Position numbers and translations under genes: made by a program
In this document: one piece after another, positions 48,315 to 59,334 of the stretch
Layout of the letters: every line of letters begins with the position of its first letter
How positions within the stretch are numbered: the stretch's first letter is position 1
The notes under the pieces: generated by a model
What the model was told of the DNA's origin: nothing
What the model saw: only the letters and a program-made list of their open reading frames with translations
Databases searched by the model: none
From: a virus
Length of the DNA stretch: 64,000 bases
Virus record (IMG/VR): IMGVR_UViG_3300009103_002187
Coordinates: 15,765 to 79,764 of that record
Reading direction: 5' to 3' (one strand)

Positions 48315-48553
48315 TATACCTGTCTCACTTCTTTAACTTCTGGAAATTCTTCTTTAAGCAGGTTCTCAATACCATGCTTAAGTGTAATTATCGACGAGGG
48401 ACATGATCCGCAAGCGCCCTTAAGCCTCAATGATACCACACCCTCATCAAATCCTACAAATTCAAAGTCACCGCCATCACGCTGTAGAAGGGGGCGAACG
48501 CACTCGTCCATTAGCTGTAAAATTTTTGTTTCAATCTCCATTTTATTTTTCAT
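48314..48553 (-). CDS. NifU C-terminal/Nfu Fe-S carrier
   Basis: VRPLLQRDGGD, GACGSCPSS. Confidence 0.9.
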   Translation of the reverse strand: MKNKMEIETKILQLMDECVRPLLQRDGGDFEFVGFDEGVVSLRLKGACGSCPSSIITLKHGIENLLKEEFPEVKEVRQV

Positions 48554-48938
48554 TCTTTTCTCCTAGCTTTTTTCTATAATCAGCAATAGCTGCTTTAATA
48601 GCATCTTCAGCGAGGACAGAGCAGTGAATTTTTACTGGTGGCAAGCTTAATTCCTGAGCAATGTCTGAGTTTTTAATAATTTCAGCTTCGTCAAGTGTCT
48701 TTCCTTTGATCCAAGTAGTTATTAAAGAACTAGAAGCAATTGCTGACCCACACCCAAATGTCTTAAACTTAGCGTCTTCTATAATTCCATCATCGCCTAT
48801 TTTAATTTGAAGCTTCATTACATCACCACATGCAGGTGCGCCCACTAAACCAGTCCCAACAGATAAATCATTTTTATCTAATGCGCCCATGTTCTGGGGA
48901 TTTTCAAAGTGATCAACAACTTTATTAGAATAAGTCAT
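48543..48938 (-). CDS. iscU: Fe-S scaffold IscU
   Basis: GAPACGDVM, KTFGCGSA, LPPVKIHCS. Confidence 0.95.
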   Translation of the reverse strand: MTYSNKVVDHFENPQNMGALDKNDLSVGTGLVGAPACGDVMKLQIKIGDDGIIEDAKFKTFGCGSAIASSSLITTWIKGKTLDEAEIIKNSDIAQELSLPPVKIHCSVLAEDAIKAAIADYRKKLGEKNEK

Positions 48939-48992
48939 AAAAAAACTCCTCCCTCTAGACTTAATTATTAAATTTTAAATGTATAATGAGAA

Positions 48993-49661
48993 TTAATCAA
49001 TTCTTTGAAGAGATCCGTCTTCCAAAACTTTAGCAACATCAAAAGAGAAGTTTTCGCCCTGAGCATTTTTTAATTCTCTGTAGCGTCTCAAAAAACTGTG
49101 CATTGAATTAGCGTTAGGTGTTGAATCATCAAAAAAACTCACACGATTAATATTTGGATTATCTAAAAGAAGGCGCTCAACAACACTAACTTTCGCTTCG
49201 GGATTTGAAGACCCTACTCCTACAACTTCAATCTTGGAAGCGTCAATCCCAATCTTATTCAAAAATAAAGAAATACCTTCTTCTGATGCAGGCCTCCTTG
49301 CTGTCAAAACCATTACGATTCTAATGTCTGCGTTTTGAACATTTAAAAAACTTCTCAAAATATTAGTTACGATAGGATTTTCTATAGCTTTATCGATATC
49401 AACGTCATCAAATTCATCAAACCCATAATGGTAACCCATCTCTGATTCTTCTGATGTGATATGATCTTCATGAGTTTTGTCACCAAACTCTTCTGATGAC
49501 ATTGATCTAACAACTGTGCCTTCTTTGTCCAAAATCTCGATCATTTCTGCAGTATATGCAATAGTATCATCAAAATCTAAAATTCTTAAAGACTCCACCT
49601 CTGTCGATTCAGTTAATCGACTGTTCCATTCTCTTAGAATTTCTCTCATTGAATTTTTCAT
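48993..49661 (-). CDS. HAD-family phosphatase with N-terminal tag (paralog of 30878..31804)
   Basis: LDFDDTI, LTAR, K, FFDD; MREILREWNSRLTE. Confidence 0.75.
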   Translation of the reverse strand: MKNSMREILREWNSRLTESTEVESLRILDFDDTIAYTAEMIEILDKEGTVVRSMSSEEFGDKTHEDHITSEESEMGYHYGFDEFDDVDIDKAIENPIVTNILRSFLNVQNADIRIVMVLTARRPASEEGISLFLNKIGIDASKIEVVGVGSSNPEAKVSVVERLLLDNPNINRVSFFDDSTPNANSMHSFLRRYRELKNAQGENFSFDVAKVLEDGSLQRID

Positions 49662-49689
49662 TTCAGCTAATAAGTATCAAAATTAATAG

Positions 49690-50637
49690 TTATCTATCGA
49701 GACAGTACATCGTGGAGTTCTTAACTTCATCTAAAAGAGTGGGAAGATCTAAACCAGCACAGTCTTTCTTTGTTTTTGTGAAGTTATAGTGATTACAAAA
49801 ACCATGGAAATTTCCCCTTTCACAATCTTTATGCACACCAGTCTCTATATTCCCGCTTGAATTTTGTGGATACTCCAATGGTATGCCAATCCCAATATGA
49901 ACGGCTTTCCACAAAGCCTTTAGGGCCTCAAGCTGAACGGGATAAAAATCCAAAAATGGATCCAGCGTTCTTCCATGCACGTAACCACGCTCTTGAACAG
50001 GTCTTTCTCCGAATCCATGCCTAACGTACCAGTCTTGATACTTCAAATAATAAGCATTTGAAATCTCTACACCTATCCCCTTGGTGTTACCACCTTCGTA
50101 GCGAGAAATTCCTGCATGCCAAGCCTTGTGCTGTGTATCTAAAAGCTGATAGATTGTTCCGTCATTGTCTATGCAAAAATGCACAGAAACTCCGCGCCTG
50201 TTTAATACCTTTTCACAAGATTCTGCACTTAAACACACATCCCAATGATTGACAAACATAGTTGGTTTTCTATCAGGTTTTCCTGAATAGTCGGTATAAC
50301 ACCCTTTGTTAGATTTTAGCCCATCTTTTTCATCCCAGAGAATCACTTTGTCCCATTCAATAGGGATAAAATTTCCATTATGAACTATGTGCTTGTCACC
50401 ATCTCTATACGAATTTCTTGGTCTTGTAGGCTCGTAATCAGAAATATTTGATTCTCTCTCTGTCCAAATCCTTCGATACGTCATTGGGCCGACCAAGCCA
50501 TCGCCCGTTAATCCGTTAGCTTTTTGCCATTTCTGAACAGCTTTAACCAAGTTAAAATCAAATTCTTCGCAGTTAAACCAGGACGGATCCCATCCCAAAC
50601 TATCAGCACTTGATTTATTATAAAAGTCCTTATCCAA
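49690..50637 (-). CDS. endolysin-like N-acetylmuramoyl-L-alanine amidase with peptidoglycan-binding domain
   Basis: AVQKWQ..GL..DGLVGP.T; VNH, SVHF, AWHAG, GVEI, K.DC. Confidence 0.85.
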   Translation of the reverse strand: MDKDFYNKSSADSLGWDPSWFNCEEFDFNLVKAVQKWQKANGLTGDGLVGPMTYRRIWTERESNISDYEPTRPRNSYRDGDKHIVHNGNFIPIEWDKVILWDEKDGLKSNKGCYTDYSGKPDRKPTMFVNHWDVCLSAESCEKVLNRRGVSVHFCIDNDGTIYQLLDTQHKAWHAGISRYEGGNTKGIGVEISNAYYLKYQDWYVRHGFGERPVQERGYVHGRTLDPFLDFYPVQLEALKALWKAVHIGIGIPLEYPQNSSGNIETGVHKDCERGNFHGFCNHYNFTKTKKDCAGLDLPTLLDEVKNSTMYCLDR

Positions 50638-50654
50638 TCTTTAACCTCCGATTA

Positions 50655-51908
50655 TTAAAACTGTTCAGATTCAGTTGAGTCAGTCAAAGCCAAAGTTGAC
50701 GATTCCCCTCCTGTAATCATATTCTTAACATCATCAAAATAGCCCGTTCCAACTTCTCTCTGATGCCTTGTCGCTGTATAACCTCTATCCTCAGCAACAA
50801 ATTCTTTCTCCTGAAGATCTACATATGCAGACATCCCATTATCTCTGTACTGATCTGCAAGATCAAACATGTTATAATTCAAAGAATGAAAGCCTGCCAA
50901 AGTAATAAACTGAAATTTATATCCCATTTTATTTAGCTCATCTTGAAACTTAGCAATTACATCATCTGTTAGATGCTTTTTCCAGTTAAAAGATGGCGAA
51001 CAGTTATAAGCTAAAATCTTTCCAGGATATTTTTCATGAATAGCGTCAGCAAACTTTTTTGCCTCTTCTAGATCGGGAGTGGAGGTTTCACACCACAATA
51101 AATCAGCATATGGCGCATATTGCAACCCCCGATTAATTGCCATGTCAATTCCTCCAGTAATTCGATAAAAACCCTCAGCTGTCCGATTCTTATCTGTGAT
51201 GAATTGATGATCTTCCTTATCCAGCCCTGTCGTTAATAGTTTTGCACTATTTGCATCTGTTCTTGCAATAATTACTGTGGGAACATCTAAAATATCAGCA
51301 GCTAATCTTGCAGCCTTAAGATTTCTGATAAATGTTGAACCAGGAATTAAAACCTTTCCACCTAAGTGCCCACACTTCTTTTCAGAGCTTAGCTGATCTT
51401 CAAAATGAACACCAGATGCTCCCGACTCTATCATCCCTTTCATTAATTCAAACGCATTCAATGGGCCGCCAAAGCCCGCTTCAGCATCAGCAACGATAGG
51501 CAGCATCCAGTCTCTAGTGATATTTCCTTCGACGCTCTCAACTTGATCTGCTCTTTGTAGAGCTTGATTAATTCTCTTTACAACATGCGGCACACTATTA
51601 GCCGGATATAAACTTTGATCTGGGTACATATGTCCTGAAAGATTTGCATCCGCCGCGACTTGCCATCCACTTAAATAAATTGCTTTCAACCCTGCCCGCG
51701 CCTGTTGCACGCCCTGATTTCCTGTTAATGCCCCTAAGGCAGCAACCCTTTCTGGCTGTTGTAACAATCTCCAGAGTTTTTTTGATCCATTTTTAGCAAT
51801 CGTATGTTCAACTAAAACGCTACCCCTAAGACGATTAACGTCTTCATCTGTCCAATCTCGAGTAATACCGTTCCACCGATTTTCATCGATGTTATCATTA
51901 TCAGCCAT
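50655..51908 (-). CDS. aceA: isocitrate lyase
   Basis: [41 protein letters not shown]. Confidence 0.96.
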   Translation of the reverse strand: MADNDNIDENRWNGITRDWTDEDVNRLRGSVLVEHTIAKNGSKKLWRLLQQPERVAALGALTGNQGVQQARAGLKAIYLSGWQVAADANLSGHMYPDQSLYPANSVPHVVKRINQALQRADQVESVEGNITRDWMLPIVADAEAGFGGPLNAFELMKGMIESGASGVHFEDQLSSEKKCGHLGGKVLIPGSTFIRNLKAARLAADILDVPTVIIARTDANSAKLLTTGLDKEDHQFITDKNRTAEGFYRITGGIDMAINRGLQYAPYADLLWCETSTPDLEEAKKFADAIHEKYPGKILAYNCSPSFNWKKHLTDDVIAKFQDELNKMGYKFQFITLAGFHSLNYNMFDLADQYRDNGMSAYVDLQEKEFVAEDRGYTATRHQREVGTGYFDDVKNMITGGESSTLALTDSTESEQF

Positions 51909-51919
51909 TATTAGAACTC

Positions 51920-53503
51920 CTAATTTTTGTCTATGTGACTAAACTTTATTTGATCATAAGCTGGCAAGGTTAAAAATTCAGCTAGGTCATTTGAAATAGA
52001 AAGTTCTCTAAACAATTTAATCGCCTGATCATACTTTCCATCATAAAACTTTTCTCTTCCCACTGCTTCTTTAATTTTCTCAACCTCATCCAATAGAATT
52101 TTATCAAATTCTCCAACACTAAACTTTTGATGTCTCAGCCACTGCCATACTTGCGTTCTAGATATCTCAGCAGTTGCGGCATCTTCCATGAGATGATAGA
52201 GTGGAACACAGCCGCTTCCTCGCAGCCACGACTCTAAGTATAAAATTCCTACATTAATATTTTTTCGAAGACCCTCTTCTGTAATTTTTCCCTCGGGTGC
52301 TAAAACTAAATCATTTTGACTAACTGTAAGGTCATTTATCTTGTCAATTTGATTAGGGGTTTTCATATGAGAATCAAAAATTTCCCTAGCTACATGAACC
52401 AAACCAGGATGTGCAACCCACGTTCCATCGTGACCTGCAGTAACTTCACGATATTTGTCTCTTCGAACAGCAGAAATTGCTTTATCATTAGCGTCTGCAT
52501 CATGACGAATAGGAATCTGTGCTGCCATCCCGCCCATAGCATGAATTTCTCGTTTATGACAAGTCTTGATTAACAGCTCACTATATGATTTCATAAACTT
52601 TCTACTCATTGTAACAGACGACCTATCGGGAAGAACTCTATCACTATGTGCCCTTAGAGTTTTGATATAGCTAAAAATATAATCCCATCTTCCACAATTT
52701 AATCCAGCTGAATGATCTCTTAGTTCGTGTAGAATTTCATCCATTTGAAATGCAGCAGGAAGGGTTTCAATTAAAACTGTAGCCCTGATTGTTCCGGGAA
52801 GAATTCCTAGTCTTTCTTGTGACCATATGAAAACATTGTTCCACCATCTTGCTTCTAAATGATGCTGTAATTTGGGTAGATAATAATAAGGACCAGTTCC
52901 TGACTCAATTAAGGTATGAGCATTGTGAAATAAAAATAACCCAAAATCAAAAAGAGAAGCCGGAACTGGAAATCCATCAACTAGAAAATTTTCCTCTTTT
53001 AAGTGTAATCCTCTTGGTCTTACGAAAAGTACGGCGACCTCTTCATTTAACTTATAGGTTCCTTTTGTTGGATGCTCATACGTAATTTCTTTTCGAACAG
53101 CATCCCTTAAGTTTTCTTGACTACTTAAAATGTTATCCCAGGTAGGTGATAAAGAATCTTCAAAATCGGCCATGAAGACATTTGCCCCTGAGTTAAGTGC
53201 ATTGATTACCATCTTTCTATCTGGGGGCCCAGTAATTTCAACCCGACGATCTTGCAAGTCTGAAGGTATCTTAGCAACAGTCCACTCCCCCTCTCTTATT
53301 TCTTTTGTTTCATCTAAAAAATCTGGTATCACACCCGCATCAAACTTAATTTGACGATCTTTTCTAGCAGATATTAAAACATCTAACTGATCACCAAACT
53401 GTCTTGTTAGATCAGAAATAAAAGCAATCGCATCTTTTGTCAGTATAGAAGAATATTGATTCTTACCGTAGTTTATTGTTGTCACGCCTTTCAATGTAGT
53501 CAC
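51920..53503 (-). CDS. aceB: malate synthase A
   Basis: [41 protein letters not shown]. Confidence 0.96.
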   Translation of the reverse strand: MTTLKGVTTINYGKNQYSSILTKDAIAFISDLTRQFGDQLDVLISARKDRQIKFDAGVIPDFLDETKEIREGEWTVAKIPSDLQDRRVEITGPPDRKMVINALNSGANVFMADFEDSLSPTWDNILSSQENLRDAVRKEITYEHPTKGTYKLNEEVAVLFVRPRGLHLKEENFLVDGFPVPASLFDFGLFLFHNAHTLIESGTGPYYYLPKLQHHLEARWWNNVFIWSQERLGILPGTIRATVLIETLPAAFQMDEILHELRDHSAGLNCGRWDYIFSYIKTLRAHSDRVLPDRSSVTMSRKFMKSYSELLIKTCHKREIHAMGGMAAQIPIRHDADANDKAISAVRRDKYREVTAGHDGTWVAHPGLVHVAREIFDSHMKTPNQIDKINDLTVSQNDLVLAPEGKITEEGLRKNINVGILYLESWLRGSGCVPLYHLMEDAATAEISRTQVWQWLRHQKFSVGEFDKILLDEVEKIKEAVGREKFYDGKYDQAIKLFRELSISNDLAEFLTLPAYDQIKFSHIDKN

Positions 53504-53505
53504 CT

Positions 53506-54108
53506 TTATTCAAAATCAATTTCTACATTGACTTCTATGTTAAATTTTGGAACTCGTAAATGATTGACTATTCCATGTTTTTTTGCTTCTGCAGCATCCA
53601 TAAACCAATCTGCGTGTTTCTTTGAAAAGACCTTCTTTTTAAAGTAATCATCTTTCTTTCCACAGTTTCTTGCCATCATCGTATAGATCTTTTCATCTAG
53701 ACGTTCAGCTTCCTTAACGTCTGCTTTGAGCTCTTCTATCTTTCCATACATTCCACTAGAAACATCGTGAATCATAATAGTGGCATCAGGATCTGCAAAT
53801 CTCATTCCATCTTCTCCAAAGGTCATAAGAACAGCCCCGCAAGACATCGCTTTTCCCTCTACTATTGTAGCAACTGGTATTTCTGAATGCTTGATGGCAC
53901 TTATCATCGCCATTAGGCTGTAAACTTGTCCGCCGTATGAGTCAATTATTACTGGAATTACTTTTTGCCCAGTGTTATGAGCTAAAGCCATCTGCTCTTG
54001 AAACTCTTTTGCTGACTTTTCATCAAACTTATTTACCCTTACCATTACGGGTGTTTTTCTTAGTTCAACTTCTTTAATTAAAGGTGACACTTTGCTAGTC
54101 CATTTCAT
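53506..54108 (-). CDS. clpP: ClpP-like serine protease
   Basis: IDSYGG, AMSCG, IMIH. Confidence 0.85.
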   Translation of the reverse strand: MKWTSKVSPLIKEVELRKTPVMVRVNKFDEKSAKEFQEQMALAHNTGQKVIPVIIDSYGGQVYSLMAMISAIKHSEIPVATIVEGKAMSCGAVLMTFGEDGMRFADPDATIMIHDVSSGMYGKIEELKADVKEAERLDEKIYTMMARNCGKKDDYFKKKVFSKKHADWFMDAAEAKKHGIVNHLRVPKFNIEVNVEIDFE

Positions 54109-54473
54109 TAATTTTTCCTTCCACAGCCCTTACACAATCTCAAAGTTGTTAGAGGACGAATCCTCTCGAACAGATCATAACATTTACTAAAAAGCCAGTT
54201 AATAATGAAAAGCCTTGAAATCCAAACTAATCTAGAAAAACCTAACTCCTCAAAAACTTTTCTCACTGCTTCATGTCCGGTAAACCACTCGCCTTTAAAG
54301 ACGTGAAGTGTCAGTGTCATATCATCTATTTTCTTTCCTAAAAATTCAGGTCGAAACTTTTCTGAAGAAATATCGACCCACTTTATAACACTTTTCTTAT
54401 CGTGTCTTATTAAAGCATTAGATAGCTTTCGACAGACCCAACAAGATCTGTCGAAAAAAATTGTTAGCTGCAC
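54108..54473 (-). CDS. DCC1/DUF393-like thiol-disulfide oxidoreductase
   Basis: FFDRSCWVC (DxxCxxC). Confidence 0.75.
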   Translation of the reverse strand: MQLTIFFDRSCWVCRKLSNALIRHDKKSVIKWVDISSEKFRPEFLGKKIDDMTLTLHVFKGEWFTGHEAVRKVFEELGFSRLVWISRLFIINWLFSKCYDLFERIRPLTTLRLCKGCGRKN

Positions 54474-56941
54474 TTACTATGACCGCAATTCAAGCAAGAA
54501 ACACACCCTTCTTGATAGCGCAAGGAGTCTTCTGCTTTACATTGCACACAAGTCCTATCTCCTCCAGGGAGCTCACCATTAGCAATATAGTTTTTAATTA
54601 CTCGAGCAATTACCTTTGCAAAAGAGAAAAGATCAGCATCTCGGTCTCCCTTGAGCAACTGTTCACACACATACTTTGCAGGAGCACCATGACGAAGTGC
54701 AAGAGAAATAGTTCTTGTAAAAGATGAATGATTTGGATTGTCAAAAACCTTTACAATATTCTTAATGATAACTTCATCGCCATTTTCTCCAAAACGTAAG
54801 TCATAAATCGAATTCATTGTTTTTCGTGGATGCTTGGTAATAATTCCTTCTTTGTATTTTCTTGGTATCTCAACAAACTCAGCAAGCCCGCCGATGACCT
54901 CATACGGCCTATCATTTAGCAGGCCAACCAGTATGGTCCACTTTTCGCCTTTAATTGAAGCATGATGTATATGACACTTTAAATCTTTTGGTCGTTTAGG
55001 CGCTGAAAGAGATAGAAACTCATCTTCTTCTTTATTCTTGTCAATTAAAACCCCTGATCTAGATCCATCTCGATAAACAGTTACACCCTTGCATCCCATC
55101 TTCCAAGCTTTAACATAAATCTTCTTAACTTCATCAACAGAAGCATCTTTCGGAAGATTAATTGTTGAAGAAATTCCATGATCAATCCATTTTTGAGCAG
55201 CTGCTTGTAAGCTAACTCTCTTATCCCAGTCAATTTCTTCTGCAGACGACTGATAATATGGAGAATCCTCAGGTGCTGTTAGGCCCGTGATGTCCATCCA
55301 CCTTTTAAAGCCATGATGATAAACTGTATGCTCCTGCCATCGATCACCTAAGTCATCAACAAAATCAACCTTTACAGGTTCTGATGACTGACTGATCTTT
55401 CTCCTTCTCGTATACTTCAGCATAAAAACGGGCTCAATTCCCGATGTTGTTTTCGTTAGTGTTGAAACAGAACCGGCAGGTGCTGTTGTTAGAATTGCAA
55501 TGTTTCTCCTTCCTGACTCACTGCTAAGATTTAAAATCCTTCTATCTCCATCCCAAAGTCTTTCAAGAAATGGATGCCCCTTTTCAGACTCATGATCATG
55601 CAAAGGAAAGGCACCTCTTTCTTTAGCCAGAACACAAGATGAATAATATGCATTTAATGCTAGAGTCTTATAAATTTTCTCAACAATTTTAATTGACTTA
55701 TCTGAACCATATCTCACACCTAGTGCAGCTAAAGTATCACCCACAGCAGTTACACCAAGACCTGTTCTCCGTCCACTTAGTGCTTTTTGTCTAATTCTTG
55801 ACCACAGGTTTTTCTCAATTAACTTTACCTCATCAGACTCAGGATCAGAATCAATCTTATGTAAAATCTTGTCGATCTGATCGATTTCGATATCAATCAT
55901 ATCATCCATTAACCGCTGTGCCTTTTGAGTTTTTTCTGAAAAAAGATTAAAGTCAAATTTAGCCTTGTCGCTATAGGGGTTTAAAACAAATGAATTAAGA
56001 TTTAGCAACATCAAACGACATGAATCATACGGTGCTAATGGCAATTCACTGCAAGGATTTGTACTTGTCGTTTTAAAACCTTTATCTTGATACACATCAG
56101 CAGGAGAATTATCAATTACATTATCCCAAAAAATTAATCCTGGTTCAGCAGAATCATGGGCAGCAGAAATTATCTCATCCCAAAGCTCTCGCGCATCAGC
56201 CCAGTCCTCAACAAGATAATTGTCTCCCTTTTCTACGGGAAATCTTAGATGAACATCTTCCTCTTTCTCGACTGCTTGTAAAAATTCATTAGTTAACCTA
56301 ATAGAAATATTTGCACCTGTCACCTTTTTTCGATCACGCTTGATGTTAATAAAATCTCTAATCTGAGGATGATGAACAGAAATTGTCAGCATTAGAGCAC
56401 CACGCCTTCCGCCCTGAGCAACCTCCCTAGTTGAGTTAGAAAATCTTTCCATAAAGATCTCTATTCCATCTGTTGATCTTGCTGCGTTTCCTGTAGACTG
56501 TCCCTTGGGCCGAATAGTTGAAATATCAAATCCAACACCGCCTCTTCTCTTTGCTATCTGTACTAGTTCCTGATCTGACTTTAAAATTCCTCCGTAAGAG
56601 TCACGGGGTGACTCAATTACAAAGCAGTTAGAAATAGACTGAATTTGCTTGTTATTCCCTATGCCCGCCATTGGCGACCCTTGAGGTACAACATAGCGAA
56701 AATCTTTTAAAAGCTCATAAATCTCCTCTTCAGACATGGGATTTTTATATCTTTGTTCAACCTTGCTAAACTCAGAGGCTATCCGACGGTGCATATCGTC
56801 TGGAGTCATCTCTAAAAGATTGCCTTCTCGATCTGTTAGCGCATACTTTGTTGCAAAAACAGTAGCAGCAAGATCATCTCCTGCAAAATACTCTGTTGAT
56901 TTTTTAACAACCTCTTCAAACGTTGTCAATTTACACCTCAC
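54464..56941 (-). CDS. nrdJ: class II (B12-dependent) ribonucleotide reductase
   Basis: SNCFV, GGRRGA, TNPCSE, APAGS, GIEP; C-terminal zinc ribbon; no small subunit in window. Confidence 0.88.
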   Translation of the reverse strand: MRCKLTTFEEVVKKSTEYFAGDDLAATVFATKYALTDREGNLLEMTPDDMHRRIASEFSKVEQRYKNPMSEEEIYELLKDFRYVVPQGSPMAGIGNNKQIQSISNCFVIESPRDSYGGILKSDQELVQIAKRRGGVGFDISTIRPKGQSTGNAARSTDGIEIFMERFSNSTREVAQGGRRGALMLTISVHHPQIRDFINIKRDRKKVTGANISIRLTNEFLQAVEKEEDVHLRFPVEKGDNYLVEDWADARELWDEIISAAHDSAEPGLIFWDNVIDNSPADVYQDKGFKTTSTNPCSELPLAPYDSCRLMLLNLNSFVLNPYSDKAKFDFNLFSEKTQKAQRLMDDMIDIEIDQIDKILHKIDSDPESDEVKLIEKNLWSRIRQKALSGRRTGLGVTAVGDTLAALGVRYGSDKSIKIVEKIYKTLALNAYYSSCVLAKERGAFPLHDHESEKGHPFLERLWDGDRRILNLSSESGRRNIAILTTAPAGSVSTLTKTTSGIEPVFMLKYTRRRKISQSSEPVKVDFVDDLGDRWQEHTVYHHGFKRWMDITGLTAPEDSPYYQSSAEEIDWDKRVSLQAAAQKWIDHGISSTINLPKDASVDEVKKIYVKAWKMGCKGVTVYRDGSRSGVLIDKNKEEDEFLSLSAPKRPKDLKCHIHHASIKGEKWTILVGLLNDRPYEVIGGLAEFVEIPRKYKEGIITKHPRKTMNSIYDLRFGENGDEVIIKNIVKVFDNPNHSSFTRTISLALRHGAPAKYVCEQLLKGDRDADLFSFAKVIARVIKNYIANGELPGGDRTCVQCKAEDSLRYQEGCVSCLNCGHSKCS

Positions 56942-58362
56942 TTTCCAAGGGCTTGTAATTTAGAACTTCCACTTACCTCATTCCACTTTTGTTTTAAAAG
57001 TGCCTTCATTGATGACTCATCTTGTTGAACAACTTCATTTAAAGTCAGCTCAGATTCATCTAACACCTTTAGATAAGATCGAGCAGTGTCCAACTGAATT
57101 GGGAAGACTAAACCATCACGACCTGCTCTATTTTTAGCAATAAACAATCTTCCGGCGCCGGAAGCTTTTTCAAGGGGCTTTCTTGATAGAGATACCACTA
57201 CATCTGCAACCATCGCCTTGCCATAAGCTTCTGACATATTTTCTAATCCTACAATATCTGATTTCGCTGAATCACGGTTTGCTTGAGAGGCAGTCCAAAC
57301 TGGAATCTCTAACTCCATAGCTAGATTTCTTAACTCCTCATAGATTAACTTTAGCTCATGACGCAAAGAATCAAAATTTCTACTAGATCTCATAATATCG
57401 GCGTAGTCTACAATAATCAAGCTAGGCTTAAATGATCTCATCGCCAACTTTTCAATATGACTTCTAATTGTATGAACAGACGCTGATCCTGTGGGATATT
57501 CTTTAATGATCAACTGACCTAGATCACCATCCTCATACCTCTTAAGCACCTTCTCTCTATTGTTAACAATCTCATTGCTAGGAATTTTACAAAAATTAGA
57601 ATCATACCTCAATCCCACAGCTGATTCCGAAAGCTCAAACGTATAATGAACAACATTCTTTCCTAGCTTTAGGGCTTCTGCACCTACGTGTACGAGAAAG
57701 TGTGACTTTCCCACACCAGTATTTGCTGTTACAACACCGATCTCTCCTCTTCCTAGTCCTCCGTTTAAAATATCAGGTCGATCTAACTGACTAATTCCTG
57801 TCGGACAAACTTGTCGGCTCACTTTTGCAAATCTTGCTTCATAATCTTGGAAAAAATCATGACCAATTGAAGTAGGAATTCCAACAGACACTGCAGACTT
57901 CATAACCTCAAGGACACTTTCAAAATTATCTTCAGCAACCATCTCAACTGCTTTTTCAAGTGCATCCTTGAATGCTTGCCTACGACAAAAATCCAAGGAT
58001 CGATCTTTAACAAACTGAAGATCCCCAGCGTTTGAATTTACTCGAAGTCTTTGCAAGAAATCAATAATCTGATTTCTCAAAACAACATCATTTTTATCAA
58101 CAAGGTCATCTCTCACAATCGTTACAAGAATCTGAAGAGATGGAAAGGACTTATACTTCTGATAATAGATAAAATACTTGTCTGTAAGATACGCAAGATA
58201 TCTAAGGTCAAAAAAATCAGGCTTCATCAGCTCAATCATCTGAACGCCCCACTTGTGGTCATTTATCAGGGCTTGAAAGATCTTTTCCTGAAAGCTTTTG
58301 CCGTACTGTCTAAAGTGATGAACTTCTAATTCTGAATTTTGCAAGGGAGCTTGCTGTGTCAT
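56938..58362 (-). CDS. replicative DnaB/gp41-like helicase
   Basis: ANTGVGKS, IIKEYPTG, VDYAD, WTASQANR, KNRAG. Confidence 0.9.
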   Translation of the reverse strand: MTQQAPLQNSELEVHHFRQYGKSFQEKIFQALINDHKWGVQMIELMKPDFFDLRYLAYLTDKYFIYYQKYKSFPSLQILVTIVRDDLVDKNDVVLRNQIIDFLQRLRVNSNAGDLQFVKDRSLDFCRRQAFKDALEKAVEMVAEDNFESVLEVMKSAVSVGIPTSIGHDFFQDYEARFAKVSRQVCPTGISQLDRPDILNGGLGRGEIGVVTANTGVGKSHFLVHVGAEALKLGKNVVHYTFELSESAVGLRYDSNFCKIPSNEIVNNREKVLKRYEDGDLGQLIIKEYPTGSASVHTIRSHIEKLAMRSFKPSLIIVDYADIMRSSRNFDSLRHELKLIYEELRNLAMELEIPVWTASQANRDSAKSDIVGLENMSEAYGKAMVADVVVSLSRKPLEKASGAGRLFIAKNRAGRDGLVFPIQLDTARSYLKVLDESELTLNEVVQQDESSMKALLKQKWNEVSGSSKLQALGK

Positions 58363-58380
58363 TTCATTCCCATTTTGAAT

Positions 58381-59334
58381 TTATAGTGCGAAGTTTAGAG
58401 TAAAAAAAAGAGAATTTACATCAAAAGTTGAAAGTCCTTCTCTTGTTAAGATCCTCATCAAGCCAATCTTATTGCGTTGAGGTCGGTAAGTATCAATTGA
58501 ATTATCAATCTTTTCAATTTGTGAAGCTGCCAAATTTGACGTACCTAAGTGCATTAATTTCCAGTTTCTACGAGCGATATCAGCATTCTCACAGATTCTC
58601 TGGAATAGCTTCACTTTACCCGCCTTGACACGTTGCTGACTCAGTTTAATTATATCTTCAACACTCACATGTTCCGGTTCACAAAGTTCAGGGAACCTCC
58701 TTGCCATGGTTTTAAAACCAGCACCTTTTATTCCCGGAATGTTGTCAGAGGTATCCCCACAAAATGACCTTATTGTGCAAAAATTTTCAGGAGATACCAT
58801 GAATCGATCCTGCGCGTCTTCGGCTGTTACATACTTCTTTGAGGTGGGTGAGTAAATTACAACCCTATCACTTAAGAGTTGATAAAAATCCTTGTCAGAA
58901 GACAGAATTACGCATTTCTTCTCCTTTAATTTATAACCCGCCATATAACCGATTACATCATCTGCTTCACAGTCCTTGACGTATACCTGACAAACAGGAA
59001 TATTTTTCAACATTTCAACAAGTAAAGAAACCTGAATATTTTTGTTTTCGACAAGGTCATGTAAATCATTGTCATAAAAACGATTTAACTTGGGAGGTTT
59101 TCGACCCTTTTTATAGTCGGGAAAAAGCGCTCGTCTTCTAGGTGATCCTCCTGCTTCCCAAATCACATAAATTCTCTCAGGATAAATATCATCAACAATT
59201 TTTCTAAGACTACCTAGAAATCCAACTGCACCCCCAACAGGTATTCCTTCTTTATTTAAGGTTGGATTTGCACAAAAATGTCGAGTAAATAGGTTGTAGG
59301 CATCAATTATAAGAACAGGTCTGTCCTTTTTCAC
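58381..59334 (-). CDS. 5'-3' exonuclease / RNase H (FEN family)
   Basis: IIDAYN, YK.GR, EADD, SSDKDF, GDTSDNIPG. Confidence 0.92.
   Translation of the reverse strand: MKKDRPVLIIDAYNLFTRHFCANPTLNKEGIPVGGAVGFLGSLRKIVDDIYPERIYVIWEAGGSPRRRALFPDYKKGRKPPKLNRFYDNDLHDLVENKNIQVSLLVEMLKNIPVCQVYVKDCEADDVIGYMAGYKLKEKKCVILSSDKDFYQLLSDRVVIYSPTSKKYVTAEDAQDRFMVSPENFCTIRSFCGDTSDNIPGIKGAGFKTMARRFPELCEPEHVSVEDIIKLSQQRVKAGKVKLFQRICENADIARRNWKLMHLGTSNLAASQIEKIDNSIDTYRPQRNKIGLMRILTREGLSTFDVNSLFFTLNFAL

Noticed and set aside
50655-53503. Bacterial chromosome or host contamination explaining aceBA, isc and glnII
   Set aside because: Genes are interleaved with gp32-like SSB, gp41-like helicase and amidase on the same strand with minimal gaps and lack their usual operon partners; coverage should still be checked
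53506-54108. ClpP as the protease that processes the tags
   Set aside because: It lies in the replication/metabolic run with no tag or ATAnTTA motif; nothing in the sequence links it to Glu-specific cleavage
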